A stretch of 51,005 nucleotides of DNA from Methylococcaceae bacterium (GCA_900299045.1 OMIH01000083.1:1-51005), one strand, 5' to 3'; numbered from the stretch's first letter, positions 11,897 to 21,281 are shown. The notes: a model not told the origin generated them from the letters alone. Numbers and translations: made by a program.

Positions 11897-12374
11897 ATTT
11901 CCGATGTTGAAATGGCTTTGGCTTGCTTTTTTGTCATTAGGTTTAGATCAAGCGAGTAAGTTAGTGATTGCCAATACGATGCAACTTTATGAATCGCATA
12001 GGATTTACCCATACTTTAATTTAACGTATGTGCACAATACAGGCGCGGCATTCAGTTTTTTAAGCGATGCTGGGGGCTGGCAACGCTGGCTTTTCGCTGG
12101 ACTTGCAGTAGGAATGAGCGTGATAATTAGCATCTGGCTGACCCGATTAAAATCAACTGAAACGCGCATTGCAGTTGCGCTGTCGTTAATTTTAGGGGGC
12201 GCTATTGGTAATTTAATTGATCGACTTATTTACGGATACGTTATTGATTTTTTAGACGTATATTACGAAACATGGCATTGGCCAGCCTTTAATATTGCAG
12301 ATTCCGCTATTACAGTTGGCGTGATATTAATGTTGCTGGACTCTTTTACATCCTCACCCGAAGAAACCGCATGA
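11889..12374 (+). CDS. lspA: lipoprotein signal peptidase II
   Basis: Follows ileS as in most Proteobacteria. Four hydrophobic helices, conserved NTGAAFSF and FNIAD blocks. ATG 11889 overlaps the ileS stop (ATGCCTAA). Confidence 0.9.
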   Translation: MPKFPMLKWLWLAFLSLGLDQASKLVIANTMQLYESHRIYPYFNLTYVHNTGAAFSFLSDAGGWQRWLFAGLAVGMSVIISIWLTRLKSTETRIAVALSLILGGAIGNLIDRLIYGYVIDFLDVYYETWHWPAFNIADSAITVGVILMLLDSFTSSPEETA

Positions 12375-12907
12375 AAACACGCGAGCGTCGTTACGGTTTA
12401 ACCGTCGTCAACACCGGTGAAGGAAAAGGAAAATCCTCTAGCGCTTTTGGTATGGTGTTTCGTGCTGCGGGTTGGGATATGAATGTGTGCGTCATTCAAT
12501 TTATCAAAGGTCAATGGCAAACCGGTGAACAAAAAGCCGCTCAACGCCTTGAAAACATTGAATGGCATGCGTTAGGTGATGGGTTTACTTGGGACACCAA
12601 AAATCCTGAGCAAGACATTCAAACCAGTCGTGATATTTGGGCATTTGCCAAGCAACAAATTCTGTCAGAAAAATTTGATGTTGTATTGCTTGATGAAATT
12701 AACTATTGTTGTGGGTATGGTTGGATTAGTGGGCAAGAGGTGGCTGATTTTATTACACAAGAAAAACCCCCTTGGCTGCATTTAATTCTAACCGGACGCA
12801 ACGCCCCCGAAGAACTTATTCGCGTTGCGTCAACCGTGACAGACATGACAAAGATAAAACATGTATTTGATTCTGGTATAAAAGCCGAACAAGGTATTGA
12901 TTTTTAA
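12371..12907 (+). CDS. cobO: cob(I)yrinic acid a,c-diamide adenosyltransferase (CobO/BtuR type)
   Basis: P-loop NTGEGKGKSSSAFG, then FIKG, GDGFTW, LDEINY, TGRNAP and a C-terminal KAEQGIDF typical of the CobA/CobO/BtuR family. ATGA overlap with the lspA stop. Confidence 0.85.
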   Translation: MKTRERRYGLTVVNTGEGKGKSSSAFGMVFRAAGWDMNVCVIQFIKGQWQTGEQKAAQRLENIEWHALGDGFTWDTKNPEQDIQTSRDIWAFAKQQILSEKFDVVLLDEINYCCGYGWISGQEVADFITQEKPPWLHLILTGRNAPEELIRVASTVTDMTKIKHVFDSGIKAEQGIDF

Positions 12908-12929
12908 AAATAACAATGAGGCATTATTT

Positions 12930-13313
12930 ATGAGCGAAGAAAAAGAACCCATGAACAACATCACAAAACTCATTATTGCGGTTGTGGGTGTGTTTGCAGT
13001 CGGTTTTTTAATGGTTGGTGAAAATAAACAAAAATCCGCCGCGGACATGGAAGCCGCCTCCATGATTCGCTATTATGCCGCAATTCAAGGCATGGCAAAT
13101 CAAAAATGCCCTATTGCTGTTCAAAATGAAACAGGCGAGCAAGTTTTCTTTCCAAGTAACATAGATACCGATAAAGAAACGTATATCACCTTAATTTGGG
13201 AAGGCGAAAATGTGGCGAGTGGTGGCTTTAAAAAAGCAACTTGTACCTTAAAAGGCACATTAGGTGGTATTTCAGAGTTGATTATTGACGATAAAGTCAT
13301 TATTAAAAAATAG
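12930..13313 (+). CDS. hypothetical membrane-anchored small protein
   Basis: ATG 12930 lies 8 nt after GAGG. One N-terminal TM (ITKLIIAVVGVFAVGFLMV) and a soluble part of about 90 aa with two Cys. I recognise no family. Confidence 0.5.
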   Translation: MSEEKEPMNNITKLIIAVVGVFAVGFLMVGENKQKSAADMEAASMIRYYAAIQGMANQKCPIAVQNETGEQVFFPSNIDTDKETYITLIWEGENVASGGFKKATCTLKGTLGGISELIIDDKVIIKK

Positions 13314-13322
13314 TTATTTTGC

Positions 13323-13360
13323 ATAGAACAGAAATCATACGCGCTCGATTTCTGTTCTAT
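13323..13360 (+). terminator. stem-loop downstream of 12930..13313 (putative intrinsic terminator)
   Basis: Perfect 14-bp inverted repeat ATAGAACAGAAATC / GATTTCTGTTCTAT with a 10-nt loop, 10 nt after the stop codon. Only a short T run (TT) follows, so it is atypical. Confidence 0.5.
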
Positions 13361-13434
13361 TTCAACCCTATGTTCAACTTGCGTGTGATGCGCATTCTAT
13401 TCATTTCTAACCGCTAAATTCAAAACTCACTTTC

Positions 13435-13944
13435 ATGACCAATACCCCTGCCCCTCTTTCATGGTTTATTTTAGGTATCGCTCTCACGCTGAGTGCGTGT
13501 GGTTTTCATCCACGCGGTGCGTATCAATTACCTAAAGAGCTCAAGCAAGTCTATCTTGAAGGTGGATCACCTGCAATGCGCGAGCAAATGCGTCAACAAA
13601 TCGCCAAATCGGGTGGTCAACTTACTGAATCGCGCAGTGTTTCGATGATGGTGATTAAATTATTTGATGAACAGTTTCAGCGTCGAACCCTCTCACTAAG
13701 TGCACGGGGAAAAGCCAATGAATATGAATTACATTACCGAGTTGACTATGAATTAGCCACGCCACAAGACGCTATTTTATTGCCGCGCCAACCCCTTGAA
13801 GTCAGACGCGATTATTACAATGATCAACAAGCTATCCTCGCTCGTGACAATGAAGAAGCGACCCTAAGAAACGAAATGGCACAACAAATGGCGAGAACCT
13901 TGCTCAATCAAGCACGTTATACGCTTGAAAAAAGTGAAAAATAA
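13435..13944 (+). CDS. lptE: LPS-assembly lipoprotein LptE
   Basis: Lipobox LSACGFHPRG (LptE-typical CGFHxRG). Size about 170 aa. Located directly upstream of holA, as in E. coli. Confidence 0.8.
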   Translation: MTNTPAPLSWFILGIALTLSACGFHPRGAYQLPKELKQVYLEGGSPAMREQMRQQIAKSGGQLTESRSVSMMVIKLFDEQFQRRTLSLSARGKANEYELHYRVDYELATPQDAILLPRQPLEVRRDYYNDQQAILARDNEEATLRNEMAQQMARTLLNQARYTLEKSEK

Positions 13945-14957
13945 TGCGATTAAAACCCGAACAACTGGCAACTGCGCTGAAAAAAAATGTAGCACCCGTG
14001 TATTTACTGAGCGGTGATGAACCGCAACAAATGGGAGAACTTAGCGATGCTATTCGACAAGCTGCGAAACAAAACGGTTTCTCACAACGTGAAATTTTTT
14101 CCACAGAATCGAGCTTTAGTTGGTCTGACATTAGCAATGCAGCCGCCTCATTATCTATTTTTGGTGATAAAAAAGTACTTGATTTGCGTGTACCGAGTGC
14201 CAATTTTGGAACTGAAGGTGCAAAAATGCTCACGACGTATTGTGAATCTTTACCTGCCGATACAATTTTGTTGATTACCTGCGGCAAACTTAACAGTACA
14301 AATTTAAAAACACGCTGGTTTGATGCAATTGATAAAGTTGGTATCACTATTCAAGTTCGTCCACTTGAGGGAGAAGAGTTGCTTCAATGGCTAACATATC
14401 GCCTGCAACAGCGTGGCATGAGAACGGATAATGACGGTTTGCAACTACTCTCAACCCGAATTGAAGGAAATCTACTTGCTGCATCGCAGGAAATTGAAAA
14501 ATTGTATGTGCTTTATGGTGCATGCGCGTTAACTTCAGCACAGATTTTTGATGCCGTAGCAGATAATTCACGCTACGATGTATTTAAGCTAATTGATACG
14601 TTACTTGCAGCAAACGTCAACCGTGTTTTCAAAGTATTAGCTGGTTTGCAAGCCGAAGGTATCGCCGCGCCCGTTGTGTTATGGGCACTCATGCGAGAAG
14701 CAAGAACCGTGAGTAAAATCAAGCTCGCTCTGTCAAACGGTCAAAGTAAAGACACTGTCTTTCGTCAACATCAACTCTGGGATAAACGTGCATCACTCAT
14801 GGACAAAGCCATTAGGCGTCTATCTCACAATCAATTATTCGATATTTTAAGTTTAAGTGCAAAAGCAGATCGCCAAGCCAAAGGTCAAGAATTTGGGGAC
14901 GTATGGGAAACCATTTTAGCGGTATGCTTATTGTTTGCAGCGTCAAAAACGTCGTGA
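13944..14957 (+). CDS. holA: DNA polymerase III subunit delta
   Basis: N-terminus L..L....APVYLLSGDEP. Size 337 aa. Synteny lptE-holA with a TAATG overlap. Confidence 0.85.
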   Translation: MRLKPEQLATALKKNVAPVYLLSGDEPQQMGELSDAIRQAAKQNGFSQREIFSTESSFSWSDISNAAASLSIFGDKKVLDLRVPSANFGTEGAKMLTTYCESLPADTILLITCGKLNSTNLKTRWFDAIDKVGITIQVRPLEGEELLQWLTYRLQQRGMRTDNDGLQLLSTRIEGNLLAASQEIEKLYVLYGACALTSAQIFDAVADNSRYDVFKLIDTLLAANVNRVFKVLAGLQAEGIAAPVVLWALMREARTVSKIKLALSNGQSKDTVFRQHQLWDKRASLMDKAIRRLSHNQLFDILSLSAKADRQAKGQEFGDVWETILAVCLLFAASKTS

Positions 14958-14978
14958 AACATGGCGTATTTTTGTTGT

Positions 14979-15452
14979 TTACACGCTCGTATATTTCAAA
15001 AAATCGAGTACAGCAAGGCAATGGTTAGCGACTTTAACTTTACGCCATTCGTGAATTAAAACACCTTTATCATTAATGAGAAAAGTGCTACGCTCGATAC
15101 CACGCACTTGCTTTCCATACATATTTTTCAGTTTTATGACGTCAAATAATTGGCATAGCTTTTCGTCAACGTCAGAAATTAAATCAAAAGGCAATGCGTG
15201 TTTCATTTTAAACGTTTGATGAGAACGTAAACTATCACGCGATACGCCAAGAATAACGGTATTTAACGCATTGAATTGTGCATGGTAATCTCTAAAATCT
15301 TCCGCTTGCTGAGTGCAACCGGCTGTGTTATCTTTCGGATAAAAGTACAGTAAAATATTTTTTCCTTTATAATCTTGTAGTTGGAATATTTCAGTATGGG
15401 TAGCAATAGCCGTAAAATGGGGCACGGGGGTTTGCAATATCACATGATTCAT
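14979..15452 (-). CDS. bcp: thioredoxin-dependent peroxiredoxin Bcp
   Basis: Active-site block FYPKDNTAGCTQQA, 157 aa, next to gcvR as in E. coli. Confidence 0.9.
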   Translation of the reverse strand: MNHVILQTPVPHFTAIATHTEIFQLQDYKGKNILLYFYPKDNTAGCTQQAEDFRDYHAQFNALNTVILGVSRDSLRSHQTFKMKHALPFDLISDVDEKLCQLFDVIKLKNMYGKQVRGIERSTFLINDKGVLIHEWRKVKVANHCLAVLDFLKYTSV

Positions 15453-15455
15453 TGT

Positions 15456-15980
15456 CTAATTCCGGAAAGGTTCAAAAATAACATCAGCGTTCACTTGATC
15501 ACAAACATACATCAGTTCATCACGAAAGAGAAATAAGGAAAGACTTTGCGGAATAGAGATAACAAAACGCGCTGAACAGAATTGCGCTTCTAAATAAGGT
15601 GCGGGGTAACGTCGTGCATTGACTTCTTCTACTTCAATGCTACGTTCATTTAAAAATGTCACGACTTTATTTAAAATATCACTGCTTTCTAATCCCACAA
15701 CTTCTATAATATAAGGCATGTTTTCTTCGAGCACGCGCTTTTTTTCAATACGGCAACTATGAATTTTAAGCTGCATTTTTTTTTCGATGGCATGTAACGT
15801 GCTTTCATATTTAGAAAGTTGATTCCAATTACCTTCGACAAGAAAATAAGCGCAATGTAGATCGCCAAAGCGTGACGATTTAATATCAACAATGCGACAT
15901 CCACAGGTTAATGTTGAGAGTATTAATTCGGAAATAGTATCAAATGAGTGGTTACTTAAAATAGTGACGGCAAGTTGCAT
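15456..15980 (-). CDS. gcvR: glycine cleavage system transcriptional repressor GcvR-like (tandem ACT domains)
   Basis: Two ACT-like halves. The CGCRIVD block resembles E. coli GcvR CGCNIED. gcvR-bcp adjacency is conserved. ATG at 15980 chosen (MQLAVTIL...). Confidence 0.7.
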   Translation of the reverse strand: MQLAVTILSNHSFDTISELILSTLTCGCRIVDIKSSRFGDLHCAYFLVEGNWNQLSKYESTLHAIEKKMQLKIHSCRIEKKRVLEENMPYIIEVVGLESSDILNKVVTFLNERSIEVEEVNARRYPAPYLEAQFCSARFVISIPQSLSLFLFRDELMYVCDQVNADVIFEPFRN

Positions 15981-16145
15981 AATAGTAATTTCTCTAAGAT
16001 TTTTTTGGAATTTAGCGTTACATAAACGAAATTTCACGCTTGTTCATTTCAACAGGCATTAGCATAACAAAAAACGACCAACTATAGCGCAACATCTTTA
16101 TTAAATTTAATGGTCTTATACTTTATTTTTTAGCATATATAAATC

Positions 16146-19100
16146 ATGACAAATTCATCAAAAAAAGATTCAGAAAAAAAAGCCGCACGCGAAATTTTAG
16201 ATTCGGATTTAGATGCGCGTCTTGATCAAGCAACGTCAACCCTGCCCCTAGATGACGAACCGCCATCAGGTGATGCCATTGATGTGATGCTAAAACGTGC
16301 GAAAAAAATTCTTGATTCACAACTTCCTGCTGATGAATTAGAGCAAGCACTTGAGCCAAAAACCACTAAGTCAAAACGAAAAACATCAAAATCAACGGAC
16401 GAAACTCCCGTAGCTGCTCCAGAAGAAGCAAATAAACTCGTCAGTTTCAATGATACATTAGCGAAAATTGAAGAAGATATTGCGGCATTACATGCAGATA
16501 AAAAAGCTGACGACATTGTTCAACTAGACACACCAAAAGATACGACTGAAATAGAGGCGTTACTAGATGATAGCCTAACAGATGATATGTCAACGCTCAC
16601 CGTTGATGATATTTTGAATGAAGTGGTCGAATTAGATGCTGTAGACACAAATGTAATGCCTGTCGATGAAACGCATGACGACCTACTCGACGATATCGTA
16701 GAGCTTTCTGCACCAGCAGACAGCAACGATATCCTCGACTTGTTGGATGATGTCGACACAAACGTGACACCTGTCGACGAAACACATGACGACCTACTCG
16801 ACGATATCGTAGAACTTAATGCGCCAGCAGACAGCAACGATATTCTCGATTTGTTAGACAACGCAGAAACAAACGTAACACCTGTCGACGATATCGTAGA
16901 ACTTGCTGCATCAGAAGACCATAATGACATCCTAAATTTGTTAGACGACATCGACACAGACGTGACGCATGACGACGTACTCGACAATATCGTAGAACTC
17001 ACTACGCCAGAAGACAACAGTGACATTCTCGATTTGTTAGACGACGCAGACGCAAACGCGACACCTGTCGACGAAACACATGACGACCTACTCGATGATA
17101 TTGTAGAACTTGCGGCTCCTGCAAACAGCAACGACATCCTCGACTTATTAGACGACGCAGACACTGACGTGACGCCTGTCGATGAAACACATGACGACGT
17201 ACTCGACGATATCGTGGAACTTGCGGCTCCCGCAGACAGCAACGACATTCTCGACTTGCTAGACGATGCAGACACAGACGTAACACCTGTCGACGAAACG
17301 CATGACGACGTACTCGATGATATCGTAGAACTCACTACGCCAGAAGACAACAGTGACATTCTCGACTTGTTAGATGACGTCGACACAGACGTGACACCTG
17401 TCGATGAAACGCATGACGACGTACTCGACGATATCGTGGAACTTGCTGCGCCAGAAGACAGCAACGACATCCTCGATTTGTTAGACCAAACACACGAAGA
17501 TGAAAAAATAGAATCATTTGAAAAAAACAATAATTTAGACGATTTACTGGATAGTACAGGCTTTGATTTCGATTTTGATTTGTTGTTAGATGAAATTAGT
17601 GATGAATTAAAAGCGGAAATTAGCGAAGAATCCTCCGCTGCTGAAGCAGAAATGAAAATGGATTCATTTGATGACGCTTTGAGTAAAAATGATGCCTTAG
17701 ATACACAAGAAAACGATGCGCAAGACCTCATTAAAACAGTTGAATCAATTGAACAACCCGAAGAAGATAGTACCGAACTCAATGTTGATATTAATGCCGC
17801 ACTAGATGACTTAATGGATTCTGTGCCTTTTGAGGATATATTAAACGCACATTCTCACGATGAACTAAATACAACACAAGAAGAATTTAATAACTTTGAT
17901 GATGTTGCCGATACAGAGGCAACTCCTCTTTTCGAAATGTCGGCGTCTGAAGAATCTCTCGATGACAATTTTGATGAGATTCCCCAATTAGAAGGTTTAG
18001 ATGACACTATGGAAAATAAAAAAGAAACAGCCTCTGGTTTTGATTTACTAGACGATAACGCAACTGACAACACGCACGCAATGCCTGCAAACGCTGCTGA
18101 TGATTTAGACTGGCTCGATCAAATGGGCAAAGAAGAAGAGATGCCCGCAGATGCACAAAAAAAAGCAGATGATACTGTTGCTACTGCCGCAGACGATGAT
18201 GACGGCTGGATTACTGGCGATGAAGACGATTCAAGCGTTAATTTAACCAAAGCAGATGATACCGTTGCTACTACTGCAGACGATGATGACGGCTGGATTA
18301 CTGGCGATGAAGACGACTCAAGCGTTAATTTAACTAAAGCGGATGATACCGTTGCTACTACTGCAGACGATGATGATGGCTGGATTACTGACGACGACGA
18401 TTCAAGTGTTAATTTAACCAAAGCGGATGATACCACCGCAGATGATGATGGTTGGATTACTGACGACGATAGCGTTGCCGAAATTGAAGATAGCCATGAA
18501 GTTGAAATTGACGAACCTAAACCAGAGCCCATTAAAATGTCAAAAGAACCAACACCCGCTGCACCACCGCCTCCCGTAGTTGCCTTTGACGAAGCGGCCT
18601 TAGTAGCTAAATTAAAAGAAGAATTAAAAGGCGAAAAAGATCATGAATTAGCACGTTTACGCGCTGATCAAGATAAAGTTGAAGCGCATGCAAAAAAACA
18701 ATTTGCTGGACTTGAAGATGCTAAAAAGAAAAATACAAAACTCAGCTATATTGCGTTGGGTGTTGGTATTATTGGTCTAATTGGCAGTGGCGGTGTAGGT
18801 TGGATGGCTTACAATTCAAAAAATGAAGAAGTTACCATTAATGAACATGTCACGCAATTGGATGAGAAAATCAATAACTTTTTGGCAAAAAATCCAGAAA
18901 AAGAGATTGAAAATGTTAAAAATTCAATTGAGCAATTAAATCAGAAAATAGATAAATTAACCGCAGCGCAAATTACACCGCCTGTGTCTAATATTATCAC
19001 GCCAAGTATTACGCCTGAAGTGGCACCAGCAGAGCTTACCGCCCCCGTTGCCGAGCCTGTTACCAAAGAAGAAACAAAGCCAGCTGAATCAAAAAAGGAA

Positions 19101-19817
19101 AAAGAAGCGTCGAAACATAACGCCTCAAAAGGAAAGGGAAAAGGAAAAGAGGAAGCGAAGCTGAATGACGAAACAAAATCGGCAACAACAGAGAAAGCCG
19201 ATTCACCTGTAAATTTACTTAACAGCAAACCGTCAAACGAAAAACCTGAAGTACCAGCAGTGACTCCAGAAGTCAATGCTGTTACGCCAGAGGGTGCAAA
19301 ACCAGAAGTCAAAAAAGCGCCTGAAAAAGTAGCCGAAAAAGTCACTGAAAAACCAAGCGAAACGCCAAAAGTAGAGGCATCTAGTCAAAAAAATGACAAC
19401 GCTGAACCCGTCAAAGTAGAAACATTTGACACTATTTTAAAAGAATCACCTTATACGGGTCGCATGACGCGTGGTATGGCATTTGGTCACGCAAAAGACG
19501 ATGCTGAAAAGCACCATAATCATGCGCACAAAGAAGTGCTCAATGCCAATATCCCAGAGCAAAAAGCAGCACCAGCAGGTAAGTTTTCGGTGAATGTCGT
19601 GTCTTATCAACAAGAATGGTTTGCTGAAAGTAAGGCGGCAGAATTAAGACAACAAGGCATTCCTGTCGAAGTCGCACCAGTTGATGTTAACGATAGCGGA
19701 ACACGTTATCGATTGAAAGTCACAGGTTTTAAAACCAAAAGCGAAGCGAATGCTTATGCGAGTAAAGTCAAAAAATCGTCAGGCTTTAATGATACATGGG
19801 TAGGCGTGAACGAATAG
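16146..19817 (+). CDS. giant acidic repeat protein with single TM helix and C-terminal SPOR domain (DamX-like architecture)
   Basis: The N-terminal region of about 865 aa is D/E-rich and holds two tandem-repeat families. KKKNTK precedes the TM LSYIALGVGIIGLIGSGGVGWMAY (about 18741..18812). A P/E/K/V-rich linker follows. The C-terminal SPOR-like domain is FSVNVVSYQQEWFAESKAAELRQQGIPVEVAPV...YRLKVTGFKTKSEANAYASKV (about 19578..19814). Confidence 0.85.
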   Translation: MTNSSKKDSEKKAAREILDSDLDARLDQATSTLPLDDEPPSGDAIDVMLKRAKKILDSQLPADELEQALEPKTTKSKRKTSKSTDETPVAAPEEANKLVSFNDTLAKIEEDIAALHADKKADDIVQLDTPKDTTEIEALLDDSLTDDMSTLTVDDILNEVVELDAVDTNVMPVDETHDDLLDDIVELSAPADSNDILDLLDDVDTNVTPVDETHDDLLDDIVELNAPADSNDILDLLDNAETNVTPVDDIVELAASEDHNDILNLLDDIDTDVTHDDVLDNIVELTTPEDNSDILDLLDDADANATPVDETHDDLLDDIVELAAPANSNDILDLLDDADTDVTPVDETHDDVLDDIVELAAPADSNDILDLLDDADTDVTPVDETHDDVLDDIVELTTPEDNSDILDLLDDVDTDVTPVDETHDDVLDDIVELAAPEDSNDILDLLDQTHEDEKIESFEKNNNLDDLLDSTGFDFDFDLLLDEISDELKAEISEESSAAEAEMKMDSFDDALSKNDALDTQENDAQDLIKTVESIEQPEEDSTELNVDINAALDDLMDSVPFEDILNAHSHDELNTTQEEFNNFDDVADTEATPLFEMSASEESLDDNFDEIPQLEGLDDTMENKKETASGFDLLDDNATDNTHAMPANAADDLDWLDQMGKEEEMPADAQKKADDTVATAADDDDGWITGDEDDSSVNLTKADDTVATTADDDDGWITGDEDDSSVNLTKADDTVATTADDDDGWITDDDDSSVNLTKADDTTADDDGWITDDDSVAEIEDSHEVEIDEPKPEPIKMSKEPTPAAPPPPVVAFDEAALVAKLKEELKGEKDHELARLRADQDKVEAHAKKQFAGLEDAKKKNTKLSYIALGVGIIGLIGSGGVGWMAYNSKNEEVTINEHVTQLDEKINNFLAKNPEKEIENVKNSIEQLNQKIDKLTAAQITPPVSNIITPSITPEVAPAELTAPVAEPVTKEETKPAESKKEKEASKHNASKGKGKGKEEAKLNDETKSATTEKADSPVNLLNSKPSNEKPEVPAVTPEVNAVTPEGAKPEVKKAPEKVAEKVTEKPSETPKVEASSQKNDNAEPVKVETFDTILKESPYTGRMTRGMAFGHAKDDAEKHHNHAHKEVLNANIPEQKAAPAGKFSVNVVSYQQEWFAESKAAELRQQGIPVEVAPVDVNDSGTRYRLKVTGFKTKSEANAYASKVKKSSGFNDTWVGVNE
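16641..17486 (+). repeat. in-frame tandem repeat, 8 units, canonical 111 nt / 37 aa (consensus ~ (V/A)DT(N/D)VTPVDETHDD(L/V)LDDIVEL(A/T)(A/T)P(A/E)D(S/N)(N/S)DILDLLDD)
   Basis: The period was checked at DNA level: GACACAAA at 16644 and at 16755 gives 111 nt. Units 3 and 4 are shorter (29 and 32 aa). Neighbouring units differ by only a few nucleotides. Confidence 0.9.
18162..18475 (+). repeat. in-frame tandem repeat, about 3.5 units of 87 nt / 29 aa (KADDTVAT(A/T)ADDDDGWITGDEDDSSVNLT)
   Basis: Three nearly identical units followed by a truncated fourth (KADDTTADDDGWITDDDSV). Seen directly in DNA and in translation. Confidence 0.88.
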
Positions 19818-19826
19818 TTATCACGC

Positions 19827-21281
19827 TTATCTGTGCCGCTCTTGCTCATCAGTTGTCAATAAGAAGGCTAATTTTTCATGCAAAATAGCCACTAATTGGG
19901 GACTGATGTTGTGTATTTGTTGCGCTAAACGAATTTGCAGTATTGCTTGCTGTGTTTCCCCCATCGCAAAATAATAGTCGGCTAAGTAACGGTGTGACTC
20001 AGCGGGTTGATTTAAATCACCGTAAATTTGCGCCAATAATTGCGAAAAAATAGGTAACTGTTGCGTTTTTTGAGAGAGTTGAAGTAAGACATTTTTCGCG
20101 TTGCTTGGTTCACCTGCTTTCAATAATGCACTGACATAATCAATTTTGATGGAATCATTTTCGGGAAATTGACGGCTTAAGGTTTGATAACGCGCCAATG
20201 CGACTTTGTAGTTGCTTGCCTCAAGCGCAGTTCGCGCTAACGCGGCAGAGTAATGCGGTTGTTCTGGAAATTGTTGAACTAATTTTTGAAAAATCTCTTC
20301 TGCTTTCGCAAAATTTTGCGTTTTTAGCGCCACTAATCCCAACCCATAATTTGCAACAATACGTTGCTCTGGTAAACCTTGGTTGAGCTTTGCTTGCAAG
20401 AGTGCACTGGTTTCATCATTATCAACACTTAATAAAACGTATAATTTTGTCTTAATTAACTGATAAGCTAATGAATCAGGATATTGTTTATAAGGATAAT
20501 TATCTGCACGACCGCGTGAATCTGAAATACGCGACGCAGTAACGGGATGGGTGCGTAAAAATTCAGGGACATTTTGCCCTGCGTATCGAGTAGATTGCTG
20601 AAGACGTTCAAAAAAAGTCGGCATACTGCGAGGGTCAAAAACAGACTTTGATAGTGTTTGCATACCCACACGATCCGCTTCTTCTTCATGCTCGCGGGTA
20701 AAATTAATTTGAAATTGCACGCTACCCGCTTGAATAGCCATAATAGCGGCTTGACCTGCCGCTCCAGATTGCGTGCCTAATAAAATGGCGCCTAATGTTG
20801 CCGCCATCATAGGAATAGATAAACGCGAACTGGATTCGTACGAGCGATATAAATGACGTTGCGTGACATGCGCGATTTCATGTGCCATCACAGAGGCAAG
20901 TTCACTCTCCGCTTCCGTCATTAAAATCAGTCCCGAATTCACACCAATGTATCCTCCAGGTCCAGCAAAAGCATTAATCGCATTTTCCATTACCACAAAG
21001 AAATGAAAAGGATAGGCGGGGGTGTCACTATGAGACACTAATGTTTCACCAATACGTTGAATGTATTGTTGAATTTCACTATCTTGATTGATGTCAACTT
21101 GTTGATGCAAGCTACGAAAAAATGCCTCGCCTAATTGCTTTTCTTCTTGAGGACTAATTAACACGCCAGCTGAATCCCCCATTTCAGGAAGATCGATTTT
21201 ATCCCATTCTAGCGCTGAACCTACGTTAACATTGAGCACAAAACTAATCAGACATAACCGTTTCAAAAACGCACTATTCAT
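19827..21281 (-). CDS. bepA: M48-family Zn metalloprotease with TPR domain (BepA/YfgC-like)
   Basis: Signal peptide, HEIAH zinc motif (MAHEIAHVTQRH), a downstream EEEADR block, and a C-terminal half made of TPR-like repeats. 484 aa, as for BepA. Confidence 0.85.
   Translation of the reverse strand: MNSAFLKRLCLISFVLNVNVGSALEWDKIDLPEMGDSAGVLISPQEEKQLGEAFFRSLHQQVDINQDSEIQQYIQRIGETLVSHSDTPAYPFHFFVVMENAINAFAGPGGYIGVNSGLILMTEAESELASVMAHEIAHVTQRHLYRSYESSSRLSIPMMAATLGAILLGTQSGAAGQAAIMAIQAGSVQFQINFTREHEEEADRVGMQTLSKSVFDPRSMPTFFERLQQSTRYAGQNVPEFLRTHPVTASRISDSRGRADNYPYKQYPDSLAYQLIKTKLYVLLSVDNDETSALLQAKLNQGLPEQRIVANYGLGLVALKTQNFAKAEEIFQKLVQQFPEQPHYSAALARTALEASNYKVALARYQTLSRQFPENDSIKIDYVSALLKAGEPSNAKNVLLQLSQKTQQLPIFSQLLAQIYGDLNQPAESHRYLADYYFAMGETQQAILQIRLAQQIHNISPQLVAILHEKLAFLLTTDEQERHR

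Noticed and set aside
16641-17486. Regular ~111-nt repeats considered as a possible CRISPR array or satellite
   Set aside because: The units are contiguous with no unique spacers, are far longer than CRISPR repeats, and maintain one long reading frame. There are no cas genes. This is a coding tandem repeat.
16520-17782. 420-aa Ser-rich minus-strand ORF, plus the smaller antisense ORFs 16226..16516, 17002..17286, 18119..18532 and 18941..19345
   Set aside because: These are shadow ORFs created by the GAY/GAR-rich codon bias of the acidic repeat gene on the + strand. Their products are low-complexity S/V/T strings with no start context. The + strand frame has a bona fide TM and a SPOR domain.
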